The notes beneath the pieces are model-generated. The model did no database searches and had not been told where the DNA came from. It was given only the letters and a program-made list of their open reading frames with translations. Shown here in pieces: positions 37,331-50,952 of a DNA stretch of 64,000 nt (its first letter is position 1; every line of letters starts with the position of its first letter). Origin of the DNA: Eledone cirrhosa (taxonomy: Eukaryota); NCBI GenBank assembly GCA_964016885.1, contig OZ024740.1:77314001-77378000 (forward strand), given 5' to 3'. The translations under genes and the position numbers were made by a program.

Positions 37331-37619
37331 GTGACAATGGTTGTTATTACTTTTTTACCTTTTCTCACACATCTGTTGTGGTCATTGCTGGCCTTGTGCC
37401 AAACGTAGAAACAATTATTACTTTCTTAAACAGTAGCAGAGTGTAATACCAAATTTCTGGAAGAGAGACTAGGTACCAGGTATATTTAGCAAGGGGAAAG
37501 ACAGTAAGTAAAACAATATTTGTATATGATCTACCATGTGAGGTTTTCTGGATTACATGGCTGAGTGCTAGAAAAAAATCATACCATTGTTGGGGGAAAT
37601 GTCTTACAATTTTATTTAC

Positions 37620-37915
37620 AGTTTTGGGCTTGCAACCATGTGGCTATGTATTCAATTGTCGGACCGGTGGTGCATTGTGTGCTTGAGCAAGACACTTTAC
37701 TTCACGTTACTCCAGTTTACTCAGTTGTAGAAATGACGTCACTGGTGCTAAGCTGTGTAGGCCTTTGCCTTTTCGAAGGACAACATTAGTTGCATGGAGA
37801 AGGGAGACTGGTATGCATGGGGGACTGCTGGTCTTCCATAAACAACCTTGCCCGGACATGTGTCCCGAAGGCGCAGATCCCATGGTCATTCGTGACCGAA
37901 GGGGGTCTTTACCCT
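37620..37915 (+). mobile_element. CORE-type SINE (octopus OR-like), diverged
   Basis: TGTGTGCTTGAGCAAGACACTTTACTTCACGTTACTCCAGTTTACTCAGTTGTAGAAATG resembles the MIR/CORE domain; degenerate B-box GTATTCAATTGTC upstream. Family assignment is from memory. Confidence 0.65.
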
Positions 37916-38185
37916 TTATTATATTGGAAAAATTAATTCATAATTTGCAGTAAGGTAGAAAGGTTGCAGCTGGATCACCTTTGATCATACGTCAGCCTCA
38001 TCTGGACTTACTTGAGATGAAAAACAACTACAATAGATATAACAACATGGCTATAATCCCGTCCTGATCAACAATCATTTGTTTATATCATCATTTATCG
38101 CTGTATACCTTTGTGTATCGGTCTATATTGTTATACCTCCATTTGTTCATCGTCTTATGGTAGGAAAGCAGGAATAGTCAAGTGG

Positions 38186-38498
38186 TTAAGTGTTGGTGGT
38201 GCTGGTGTTAGCAGTAGTAGTGTTCGTTGGTGATGGCGCTGGGGTGTTATTGATGTTGGTGTTGATGGTGGTAGCGATGGTGTTGGTGTTGGCGTTGGTG
38301 TTGGTGCTGCTGTTGTTAGCTGTAGTGGTGTTCGTTGGTGGTGTGACGGGGGTGCTGTTGATGTTGGTGTTGATGTTGTTAACAGTGTTTGACGTCGGTG
38401 GTAGCGATGGTGTTGTTGTTGGTGGTGGTGGTGTTAGCAGTAGTAGTGTTTGTTGGTGGTGGGGCTGGGGTGCTGTTGGTGTTAGTTGTTGGTGGTGC
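38186..38498. repeat. Degenerate satellite-related G/T-rich block
   Basis: Shares GGTAGCGATGGTGTTGG, GGTGCTGTTGATGTTGGTGTTGATG and GGTGGTGGGGCTGG with the 74-bp monomer; 38430-38498 matches the array end at 36745-36826. Confidence 0.8.
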
Positions 38499-38599
38499 AA
38501 ACATAATCCTACTATGTAGGATTTCGTGCAAATGTATTTTATGACACCCTTGCGTCGCCCCCCCCCCTACATTGTGAATGAAATTGGTTAGACGTAACT

Positions 38600-38810
38600 G
38601 TGTGAAGGTTATCGGATGGACTGTATCTGTCTTTTCAAAGGTCTAGCATTGCCGCTCACCGTAGCAGGCTGATTCCACTTGACAATTAAAATCGGGGGAC
38701 TCGTGTCTGTGAAATACTCATCCACTTCGCTCTAAGTAAGCGAATAGATAGTTCGGTTGATTGAATAATTGCATGTTCATCGTCGAACCGATGGCGGCTT
38801 CACCACCACC
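38600..38810 (+). mobile_element. Old SINE fragment, probably the same family as 41815-42075
   Basis: TTCAAAGG...CGTGTCTGTGAAATACTCATCCACTT...GTTCGGTTGATTG...CGTCGAACCGATGG aligns loosely with 41930-42075 and 61625-61670. Confidence 0.45.
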
Positions 38811-39089
38811 CTCATGCTGTCTATATCCAGATAATTCTTGAATTTGTTTTGACAAATGATGAATTCTCTCCTTTAGTATTAGAACCTAACTGGACCATGA
38901 CCATTTGTAGTTATTTTCCCTATTTTTTTCTGGCTGAACATTTTTAGCGCCTACAGAAAAAAGGGCAGTGCCAATAATTCTTCTCATAACCCTCAGAATT
39001 CTAGCAATATATTGGACACCACTAAGGACATCCAAGTGCCAAGTGGTGGTAATAAGCCATGTAACGCATTAAGTCAACATCCTACCCAA

Positions 39090-39335
39090 TCAAGCCAAGG
39101 TGGAACTTGAAATCAGAAGACAAAGTACCAGAAGAGATAACAATAAGTATTTCGCTCGAAGCTCTAACGATTCCGCCAATCTAGACTTCTCGAAACTGGT
39201 ACTTTGTTCATAAATTAAAGAATAATGACAGGCAAATTTGGTTTCACTTGAATTTGAACTTAAAACGTTTGGAACCGGAATATAGACTGCAAGCATTTCA
39301 TCCAATTCTCTAACACTTCTACCAATTCAGCGCCT
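39090..39335 (-). mobile_element. Two degraded tRNA-derived SINE heads
   Basis: GAATTTGAACT (reverse B-box) and CTCTAAC..TTC..CCAAT (reverse A-box) occur twice; similar to the better copy at 62110-62302. Confidence 0.55.
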
Positions 39336-40474
39336 GTATAATTTTGATTAATATGATTGCATAGTTTTACTTCATATCAAGTGAACTTCGACCTTATGTA
39401 ATCTGTATCACATTTAAGATTATTCCCCAAAGGGATTTCATATCAATAATATATTTTTGAAATACACAAATCGTATGACATTCCATCAAATCATTTGATT
39501 TAATTTCGACATAGCGAATTCGTTCTTTATTTATTTATGTATTTGTTAAGGATTAAGTTAGATGAGAAGGGCAACACCCACGACCATTTTGAAAGTCTTT
39601 GTTACTGGTGGTAGGAAGGAAGGAATTTGTTCTCAAACATAAATCTATAATAGACTCTAAACGTCATAAATCCCAGCCAAATCAGAAATCTATGAAAGAC
39701 CATAAATGCCATTATCAAAAATCTATGAAATACTATAAACGTCACAACAAATCGACAATTATTACATGGAAAGAGATCTCGACAACACTGATATTATTTA
39801 ATCTTGTTTATTTCAACAACTCATGAGCACAATCACTATATATATCAAGAAAACATTATCGCACTTCACACTCTCTATCACTGATAATCTCTCACCGCAA
39901 ACAAACTTTCTAATCATAGCAAAGACTATCACAAAAACTAGAATTTCTTTTTAGAGTTAGAAAGTACACTACTAACTCGTTTCGAAGTTCAACTGGGAAC
40001 GCAATGGAGCAAAGCTTACACAGATTTTGTGGTGCTGCAGACATACACAGATTTGGCAGCGCTGCAGATGTACACAGAAATCCGAGCTCATTTCCACAGA
40101 AAGTTTACTCAGATGGTGGGTGTAGAGTCACCTACAATCACACTCGAAACTCTGGCCACAGTCACACTACCACTTTTAGTGACTACCGTGGTCTTTCCTT
40201 CTAGGAGCTTGCAGTTCTGATGACATCTTCACTCAGTCACAACACATTTTATTATTCACTCCCTGCATTATTCATTACGCCCAGTTCTTTCGATCCCTGC
40301 ACAGATTTTTCCTTCAGATGTTGATATGCGGCTATTCAAAAACTTTAACGGCATTATTTTAACAGATCCCGAATGATCCAAAGGTCACGAGCACACCTCT
40401 TCTTCTTGATCAAACTAATAAAACCTATTGTATATGTGAATGTATGAACGTCAGAGTGTAATTGCATGCATAAA

Positions 40475-41736
40475 CGAGGTTTATCTCAAAAGTAAGAGCA
40501 CTGACGTACCTATGTACAACATGGTAACACAGCTTCTCGTTGATGTATATAAGCATGTTGGTCATGACTTTGGCTGCCCGTATATCAGCCATGAGTTATT
40601 GCTGTTTATATATAGATGCGTTATAACCTCTGTTACGTTTGCGATGCAGGAAAATATTGAACAACGATACGCGATCACATTTTGTGGGGAACATAACAAA
40701 TCTGCCCCCAAAACATTTAATTCTTTAACCCAAGCTTATGGAGATATAACTCTAACGAGAAGTAAGGTTTTGTATTGTAATTAACACAAAGCTTTCAAAG
40801 AGGGCCGAGAAAATGTTGAAGATAAACCTAGTTCTGGAAGCACAATCTCGTCAACAAATGAACAAAATTTTGAAGTGATGCGAGCGGTGATGGCGAGAGA
40901 ACGTCGATTAAATGTTAAGATGATTGCAAAAGAAACCGGCTTGTATAAAAATTCAGGTCGTAGAATTTCAACAAACCATTTGCTCTTGTGTAAAATTAGT
41001 GCCCAAACACTTGTCTGTGACGCCAAAAGCCAACCGTCTGGGAATTTATCAAGATTTGTTAGAAAGATTCAAAATTTACCTAAATTTCTTGGATAAAGTA
41101 ATAACAGGAGATGAATCATTAGCGTTTGAGTATGATCCAGAGACAAAACGGCGAAAAGAGGGGGGGGGGGGTACACGAAGAATTCTACTCGTCCGAAGAA
41201 AATACATATGAGCAAATCCAGGGTGAAAGCGAAGATTTTCATTTTTTTTTCGGCAGCCGTGGTATTGTTCACAAAGAATGTTCACCTCCAGAGCAGACAA
41301 GTCTTCTACAAAGATGTTTTGAAACGACTTCGAAAACGGGTCCAGAAAGTTCGAAAGGACATTGCAGGAGATTGTGTACTGCACCTCGATAATACGCCTA
41401 CTCACAAAGCACTTTGAATTAGAGAATTTCTGGTGAGGAACAATATCCCCACCCTTCTACTTTCACCCTACAGCCCTGTTCAAACTCCGTGTGATTTCTC
41501 CCTCTTAGTGGAAATCGAAGCTGAAGGTTCATCATTTTGGAACTTTGAAAAACATACGAAAAATTGTAACCAACAAGCTAGGGGCACTTACAGATAAGCA
41601 CTTCCGGCACCGCTACAATAAATGGAAAAAAAACGTTGGAACCACTGCGTGACTTCCCCAGCGTCGTATTGTAAAGGAAATAACTTGTAACTTCATGTAC
41701 CTCTAATATACATTTAGATATTTTAGGATAAACCTC

Positions 41737-41737
<1 letters not shown>
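40475..41737 (+). mobile_element. Tc1/mariner (mariner-type) DNA transposon, ~1.26 kb, decayed
   Basis: Imperfect TIRs CGAGGTTTATCTCAAAA (40475) and TTTTAGGATAAACCTCA (ending 41737) followed by TA; transposase remnants inside. Confidence 0.92.
40644..41690 (+). pseudogene. Mariner transposase pseudogene (HTH plus DD34D-type catalytic domain), several frameshifts and stops
   Basis: Across frames: MQENIEQRYAITFC..., FKEGRENVEDKPSSG, KLVPKHLS (WVPHEL-like), VITGDES..FEYDPETKR, LHLDNTPTH, PYSPVQTPCDF (YSPDLAPxD-like). Confidence 0.92.
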
Positions 41738-41767
<30 letters not shown>

Positions 41768-41798
41768 TGTATGTATGTATGTATGTATGTATGTATGT
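41738..41798. repeat. (ATGT)n microsatellite at the mariner TA site
   Basis: Direct reading. Confidence 0.95.
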
Positions 41799-41814
41799 GT
41801 AGGCACATGTAGTA

Positions 41815-42075
41815 GCTGGGGTTTGGGGCTCACGATTATAAGGAATTGTATCTGATTCCCGGCGGTTCCTTGACAAACTTATTTAACTTTTCTCGAGTCC
41901 ACTCAGCTGGAAAAAACTATTTGTATGCGTAATTCAAAAGAACGAGTCTTGTGTTAGCTGAATCTCCTTCAGATTCATGTGTCGCTGGAATGCTTGGCCA
42001 CTTGCACGTTAATTTCATGAGCAAACTGTTCAGTTATTAGGAGAACGAGAAGACACCACGTTGGTGCCGACGAAG
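41815..42075 (+). mobile_element. Diverged SINE (cephalopod-type)
   Basis: GATTCCCGG B-box-like segment, GTCCACTCAGCTGG CORE-like remnant and CCACTTGCACGTTAATTTCATGAGCAAACTGTTC tail, recalled from octopus SINEs. Confidence 0.5.
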
Positions 42076-42294
42076 GTCAAACACACACACACGTACATAT
42101 ATGCATTATGTATTTATGTATGTATGTGTATATATATATAATTGAATATAAAAGAGAGATAAACACATATATGTATATATCTGTGTTTAACTCTCTTTTA
42201 TATTCAATTATATTACACGGCTCGGAAAAATCTATTTCCTTGAGCTATTTAATTGTAAGAGACTATTTTGAGTTTCTAACTCAATATATACCTT

Positions 42295-42296
<2 letters not shown>

Positions 42297-42371
<75 letters not shown>
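42297..42371. repeat. (TA)n microsatellite; others at about 44618-44647, 45922-45972, 47140-47185, 47385-47675, 48950-49300, 58736-58852, 59565-59670, 59920-60004, 60335-60390, 60543-60628
   Basis: Direct reading; these explain all YIYIYI ORFs. Confidence 0.97.
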
Positions 42372-42372
<1 letters not shown>

Positions 42373-42680
42373 TTCATTTTTAATTTGTTTTGCAGGATTT
42401 ATTATCTGAAAGCGTGTGTTGAAACAGATGTTGTAATATTTTGGGAGGGTCAACATACAAAAACAAGATGGTGTAGGACTGAACAAAGGAGGGACACAAA
42501 ATAGAAACCTAGTCACTGAGGAAATCACAGAATGTGTGACGAAAGAGCTTTGACAATATATAAACAACCATCCGGTTGTCGAAAGAACCAACCACCCGGA
42601 AATTTATAATAAATTGAAGTGAAAACCGTCAGGTGCGTGTGTTTTTATTGGTAGGATGACCCTCCCAAAGTATAACAGTA
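42372..42680 (+). mobile_element. Short non-coding PLE pLTR-like cassette between (TA)n tracts, with hammerhead and AATAAA
   Basis: HHR at 42512-42554, AATAAA near 42608, inverted pair TTTGGGAGGGTCA (~42440) / TGACCCTCCCAAA (~42657). Confidence 0.65.
42512..42554 (+). ncRNA. Type I hammerhead ribozyme motif (minimal)
   Basis: GTCA-CTGAGGA-AA-TCACA(GAATG)TGTGA-C-GAAA-GAG-CTT-TGAC: helix I GTCA/TGAC, helix II TCACA/TGTGA, 2-bp helix III, CUU triplet. Confidence 0.7.
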
Positions 42681-42830
42681 TATATATATATATATATAAG
42701 TACCAGCGATCTTCATAGATAATCTATTATACCCCAGTTGCACTCATTTGACTTCTGTATAAAAGGTATAGAGCTTTCCACATTTTTTGTTTATGTTTTT
42801 TTAAATATTAAATATTGAGTATTGAATGTT

Positions 42831-43044
42831 CGACTTTGTATTACAGGTCAGCCTTTATGTGCGTGTATATATGTATATATGCATATACCTTGATATATAT
42901 GTCTCCATATATGCAATATACTGGTGGACTTTGTATTACAGATCAGCCTTTATATGCGTGTATATATGCGTGTATATATGCGTGTATATATGTATATATG
43001 CATATACCTTGATATATATGTCTCCATATATGCAATATACTGGT
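42831..43044. repeat. 96-bp direct duplication; the second copy carries extra GCGTGTATATAT units
   Basis: GACTTTGTATTACAG..CAGCCTTTAT...CTCCATATATGCAATATACTGGT occurs at ~42831 and ~42927. Confidence 0.9.
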
Positions 43045-43603
43045 AGAGCTCTATTTTCGCGCAAATTCCTTTGTTTGAATTTATTCACCATATCACGTGT
43101 TTTTGTCTAGTAGGAATTCTTCCAGGAGGGAGATATATTCTGTGTCTCTACCAAAACAGAGTCACCGTCCTTGCTATTAACTAAAATGTATGCACTCTGA
43201 ACTACTAGTTGAGATTGCATTACTGCAACCAGGCAGATTTATTGAGTAAGCTAAACCTTGACTGAAGACCATTGAGTTAATATCAACAATCTTCATAAAT
43301 AATCTATCTATCTATCTATATATATAAATAAAGAAACATATCTATATATATAAATGAAAATAGAGAAATTAATGTGAGCAAGAAGCCAACAGTATTTCAT
43401 AATATATAAGTGACTATAACGTCAAAATGGAAAATAATTAATGTAAGATATGGGAAAATAATTCAAACTCAATTAAAAAAAAATCAAGACAGAGATTTTA
43501 TCCACAGATTTTGTGAAATCCAGGGAAAAAAAACCAATAGAGTCTTAACTCAGAATAAAATAAAGTTTAAATACTCATCCTTCAATTTGGAAAAACTACA
43601 AAT

Positions 43604-43684
43604 GCTCTATATAGTCTTAAAAAGACTATTTCACGAAACTTTTCAGTGGGATTAGTCACGGTTGGAATTGTTCCTCAGTAGAGC
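43604..43684 (-). ncRNA. Type I hammerhead ribozyme with stable 8-bp helix III and a large helix II insertion
   Basis: Minus strand GCTCTA-CTGAGGA-AC...GT-GAA-ATAGTCTT(TTT)AAGACTAT-A-TAGAGC: 6-bp helix I, AUA triplet. Lies in a ~500-bp cassette (about 43400-43897) with TGACGTCA at 43803-43810 upstream. Confidence 0.75.
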
Positions 43685-43956
43685 TCAACGAGATAACCAA
43701 AAGACCCACTGCCAAAATATGCCAAAAAGGGAATTTAAAAGCAGGCTAGTTCACCTCGTGCGGAATTATGAAAAATAAACACACATGGAGAGACATGGCT
43801 GGTGACGTCAGAATGAGACGAATATCTATTTACAAGAAACAGCAGTCAAAAACATTCCGAAAAACTCTACAAAATGTAAGGAGTTCAGCAAAATAGCATA
43901 TATATATAGATAGATAGATTATTTATATATATATATATATATAAGATAGATAGATA

Positions 43957-45975
<2,019 letters not shown>

Positions 45976-46106
45976 GTAATCTGAGTTTTTCGAATATTAA
46001 TAATAACATTCGATTCGTTTGCAATTATGCAAACAGCTTCTTTTTTAAAGCCATGTCAGTAGCATGAACCCTTCATTCTTGCTCTTGTGTTGGCATGTAA
46101 ACAGAA

Positions 46107-46150
46107 CTGCAGACACTAATGTTTCTGGGTATCACTCTTCATCAGTACAG
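46107..46150 (-). ncRNA. Type I hammerhead ribozyme (left-arm copy, one helix II mismatch)
   Basis: Minus strand CTGTA-CTGATGA-AGAGTGATACCCA-GAAACATTAGTGTC-TGCAG. Confidence 0.75.
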
Positions 46151-46591
46151 CCCACAGGTCACCTGCCAAACTGTCAGAGCTAGTGAAAATATATACTATT
46201 TTCAAAAATACACATTGACTGATTGGCCTGATTTGCATATTAGCAGACTGGCTGATCAGTCAGATCTACAGATCCACTGATCAGCCAGATTTGCATATCA
46301 GCAAACTGGCCAGTCAGTTTCCTGTATACGAGGGATAAATGGCCGGCTTTGCCAAATTCTTTTTTTTTTTTTTTCTAATTTAGCAAAGCCGGCCATTTAT
46401 CGCTCGTATACAGGAAACTGACTGGCCAGTCTACTGATATGCAAATCTCGCTGATCAGTGGATCTGCTAATATACAGATCTGACTGATCAGCCATTCTGC
46501 TAATATGCAAATCAGGCCGATCAGTCAATGTGTATTTTTGAAAATAGCATATATTTTCACTAGCTCTGACAGTTGGCAGGTGAACAGTGAG

Positions 46592-46635
46592 CTGTACTGA
46601 TGAAGGGTGACACCCAGAAACATTAGTGTCTGCAG
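46592..46635 (+). ncRNA. Type I hammerhead ribozyme
   Basis: CTGTA-CTGATGA-A-GGGT(GAC)ACCC-A-GAA-ACA(TTAG)TGT-C-TGCAG: canonical core, GUC triplet, 5-bp helix I. Confidence 0.85.
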
Positions 46636-47050
46636 TTCTGTTCACATGCCAACATAAGAGCAAGAATGAAGAGTTCATTCTACTGACATGGTTATAAAAT
46701 TGAGGCTTGTTTGTATAATTGCAAACGAATCGAATGTTATAATAAATATTCGAAAAACTCAGATTAGATTTATTGTATTCAGCCATGTAGAGCGAAAAGT
46801 TTCTTTTATATATATATATGATGAGTACGGAACTAGCTGTTGAAAAGGCAGGAGCTCAGCCGTCGGGGTCCTGACTCATTCATTCATATATATATATATA
46901 TAATGATACATGTGTATATGCACCACAAATCTGTCTAGAAGTATGCGCGCGCGCATCTGTGTCATTTGTATAGCTTCGCAGCTATGAGAAAATAAATTAT
47001 ACATCAATCTACCTATGTAATGAGTTTTATATATATGTGTATGTATATAT

Positions 47051-47082
<32 letters not shown>

Positions 47083-47139
47083 GGGGGGGGGGCGTGACTG
47101 CGTGTATGTGTGCACGCAAAACATCACGTTGCAATCATC

Positions 47140-47188
<49 letters not shown>

Positions 47189-47398
47189 TATATAAAGCCT
47201 CACGGAATATATTTTTGAACCTAGGCACCTAATTAAGATTTCCTCTTATTTATGTGTGTACACACGAGTACACACACAGACCCATACACATATACATACT
47301 AACATACATACACACACACATATACATATACATATATTAACAAACACATACAGACGCACACAGTCACACGCGGTCACACTCATGCATATATATATATG

Positions 47399-47461
<63 letters not shown>

Positions 47462-47505
47462 TGCCCCCTCGTTATCGAGTATGGCCATATATACGTATAT
47501 ATACG

Positions 47506-47537
<32 letters not shown>

Positions 47538-47548
47538 CGTATATATAC

Positions 47549-48275
<727 letters not shown>

Positions 48276-48332
48276 TTTAAGTAACAGCCGTACTAAGAGT
48301 GGGAAATGAAATTTCGTTTCATTTTTTCCGTT

Positions 48333-48369
<37 letters not shown>

Positions 48370-48370
<1 letters not shown>

Positions 48371-48945
48371 TTTTGAGTATATGTTGGTTGTATACCAACC
48401 CCTCAGTATGCAGGCTGGAGCACTCGACGAAGTGCGCAGGTTGGTTTGGTCACTCCGGAGTAATGTAAAATAAAGTTAAATAAAAAGTCAAATGTTTAAA
48501 ATTTAGCTTCGTTTATTGCTGCTATATATATTTCAGTGACAGCCATCTTTGACTGTGATCTCTTCAGGCAGTCCGAATTAGTGTGGTATAGACAAGTACA
48601 TATGTTGTTGAGGTGTATAATATTGTCAATACTCTGATATGCCCAGTTCCTGATTGGGTTGTTATTTCACTGAGGAACTGGAATCATATGAATTCAAACA
48701 AACGAATTTCAGTGTCAAAGGGCCTCTTCTCCTCTCATTGGTCAGTTGTTAGAACATTCCTCATTCTAAGTGTTGTTATTGTTGGACTTAGCTTAAAACA
48801 TTGATAAAGCGGTAGAAGGGACAAGGTGTTAAAGGAACAAAATAACAAAAAAAGTGTCAAACTTCCCATTGGTCAGTTCTGAGAGCATTCCTCAGTCAGA
48901 AGTCTATAGAATTCTTTCTGGGGTGAGGCAGGCTCCCTTGTAGTG
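48370..48945 (-). mobile_element. Non-coding pLTR-like cassette (CCAAT boxes, HHR, AATAAA), same family as 59025-59565
   Basis: 48370-48690 closely matches 59028-59347; ATTGG at 48653, 48737 and 48868 reads CCAAT on the HHR sense strand. Confidence 0.8.
48518..48572 (-). ncRNA. Type I hammerhead ribozyme (older copy of the 59-kb family)
   Basis: Minus strand ACTGC-CTGAAGA-GATCACAGTCAAAGATGGCTGTCACT-GAAATATATATA-GCAGC-AATAAA. Confidence 0.75.
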
Positions 48946-48991
48946 TTTGTGTTTGTATATATATATATTTATATATAAATATATATATATT

Positions 48992-49076
<85 letters not shown>

Positions 49077-49131
49077 TTATATATAAATATATATATATAT
49101 ATATAAACATATATATGTATATATATATATT

Positions 49132-49211
<80 letters not shown>

Positions 49212-49244
49212 AATATACAATATATATATATATATATAAATATA

Positions 49245-49276
<32 letters not shown>

Positions 49277-49569
49277 AATTTATATATAAATATACACACA
49301 CACATATATATATATATGTGTGGGGGGGGGGTGAGTGTGTGTTTGTGTGTATAATGACGAAGGAAGGTAATACTTTAAAACGTTTAGAAAGTCTTCAATT
49401 TTCGAACGGATTCATTCAATTGATATTTAAGTTGATTTAATGTCAATATACGTAAGTTAGTTTACCACGGTGGGATTAGGTTCCCTGTCTTCTCTACCAG
49501 AGATCCTGCACATACATCTAATGACTCTACAGAAGCTTGTAAATTAAATAGAATTAATATACGCTTGCA

Positions 49570-49852
49570 TATACGTACACACACGTATATACATACGTAC
49601 ATACATGTATACATACATATATACTACATATTTACATACGTACATACGGAAATATGTACATGGATAGATTTGTACATACATACATACATACATACATACA
49701 TACATACATACATACATACATACATACATACGTACATACATACATACATACATACATATGTACACACATACGTACACATGCCTAAATATACGTACATACA
49801 TACATACATACATACATACATACATACATACATACATACATACATACATACA
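49570..49852. repeat. (TACA)n microsatellite, probably the expanded tail of the adjacent RTE-derived element
   Basis: Direct reading; similar tracts at 50313-50409 and 50930-50950. Confidence 0.9.
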
Positions 49853-50930
49853 TGGTGGCTGCCAACTCGTTTTCGAGTACGGGCACTACTTTATATCCAT
49901 GTAGGAGAACCCCTACCGATGCGCTGAACGAGTGTGACTTTTTGTGCAAAGGCACTGCACAAAGCCAGTCCCACTCTCTTAACCAAGATGATATTTACCA
50001 AAAAGAAGAACAAGTCAACATCATTGGATACCATCAGGGTTGCAGGTGTTATATCAGAGTTTTCCTTCTCCTAGAATTCTGCCTTGACAAAGGCTAAGGG
50101 GTCATCTCTCCCGGTGATTTTGGATGGCCATTGACTTTTAAGAGCTCCTTTGCCTTTTGACAGGTTTTGTTTTTAGTCCTTCAGGATGTCCAAAGTCACC
50201 CTCCTCACCAAGAAACCTTGGTGGGGTTGCCAGTTTAGTCGCCAACGACCCGACCATGAGACAGGTTGTACTGGAATACATGTTACCAGTAGCACCAACT
50301 GGTGACCTGACAAACATACATACATACATACATACATACATACATACATACATACATACATACATACATACATACATACATACATACATACATACATACA
50401 TACATACATGATGACTCCAACTCGATTTAGAGTAATGCCATCGCTTGATACTTAAGCATGAGCATCACAGACATGGCTTTTTAGTCCTGCTAGGGACTTG
50501 CCTATGGCCAGCAATACCATGCATCGCAAAAAATGTTACATATCAAGCGATGCCTGTGTTTGAAGTTTTTTTAAGTGAGGATAGGCTTTACACGGGGCCA
50601 ATCCCACTCTCTGAGCATCGAATTCATTTGCCCCAAAAGAAGAACTAATCTACATTATTGGATCAATGGAAGTCGCAGATTTTATATCAGAGTGACCTTC
50701 TCCTAGAGAGATGTCTTAAGGAAGTCTTAACGAAGTCTCGCTCCACGGAAAAAAAATTATTGGATAGCCGTTGATTCTCCGCCTTTGAGAGGTTTTGTTT
50801 TTCATCTCGCAGGGTGTCCAAAATCACCACCTCACCAAGCAAGCTTGGTGGGGTTGCCGGTTTAGTCACCGACGACCCTATCAAGCACAGGTTGTTACAT
50901 GTTACTAGTAGTACTGAGGAGCGACCTGAC
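49853..50930 (-). mobile_element. Two tandem diverged ~460-520-bp RTE-derived non-autonomous elements (49853-50311, 50410-50930)
   Basis: Shared TTATATCAGAGT..CCTTCTCCTAGA, AGGTTTTGTTTTT, TCACC.CCTCACCAAG..CTTGGTGGGGTTGCC.GTTTAGTC; each ends (minus strand) in the CTCG..CGAG-type terminus plus (ATGT)n also seen on the RTE fragment at 50955. Confidence 0.7.
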
Positions 50931-50952
50931 ATACAAAGAAACATACATACAC

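Larger units (their letters stand above)
45971..46772. mobile_element. Head-to-head inverted pair of ~390-bp pLTR-like cassettes (arms 45971-46358 and 46377-46772, oligo-T spacer)
   Basis: Arms are near-reverse-complements; each has two octamer motifs followed by an outward-facing HHR; AATAAA at 46741 in the right arm. Confidence 0.9.

Noticed and set aside
37018-37446. Gly-rich 142-aa ORF as a structural protein
   Set aside because: It derives from the (GGT)n tract, is open in several frames on both strands, and has no signal peptide or gene context.
50180-50310. HDV-like ribozyme at the 5' end of the RTE-derived elements
   Set aside because: I could not build P1/P1.1/P2 pairings consistently in both copies.
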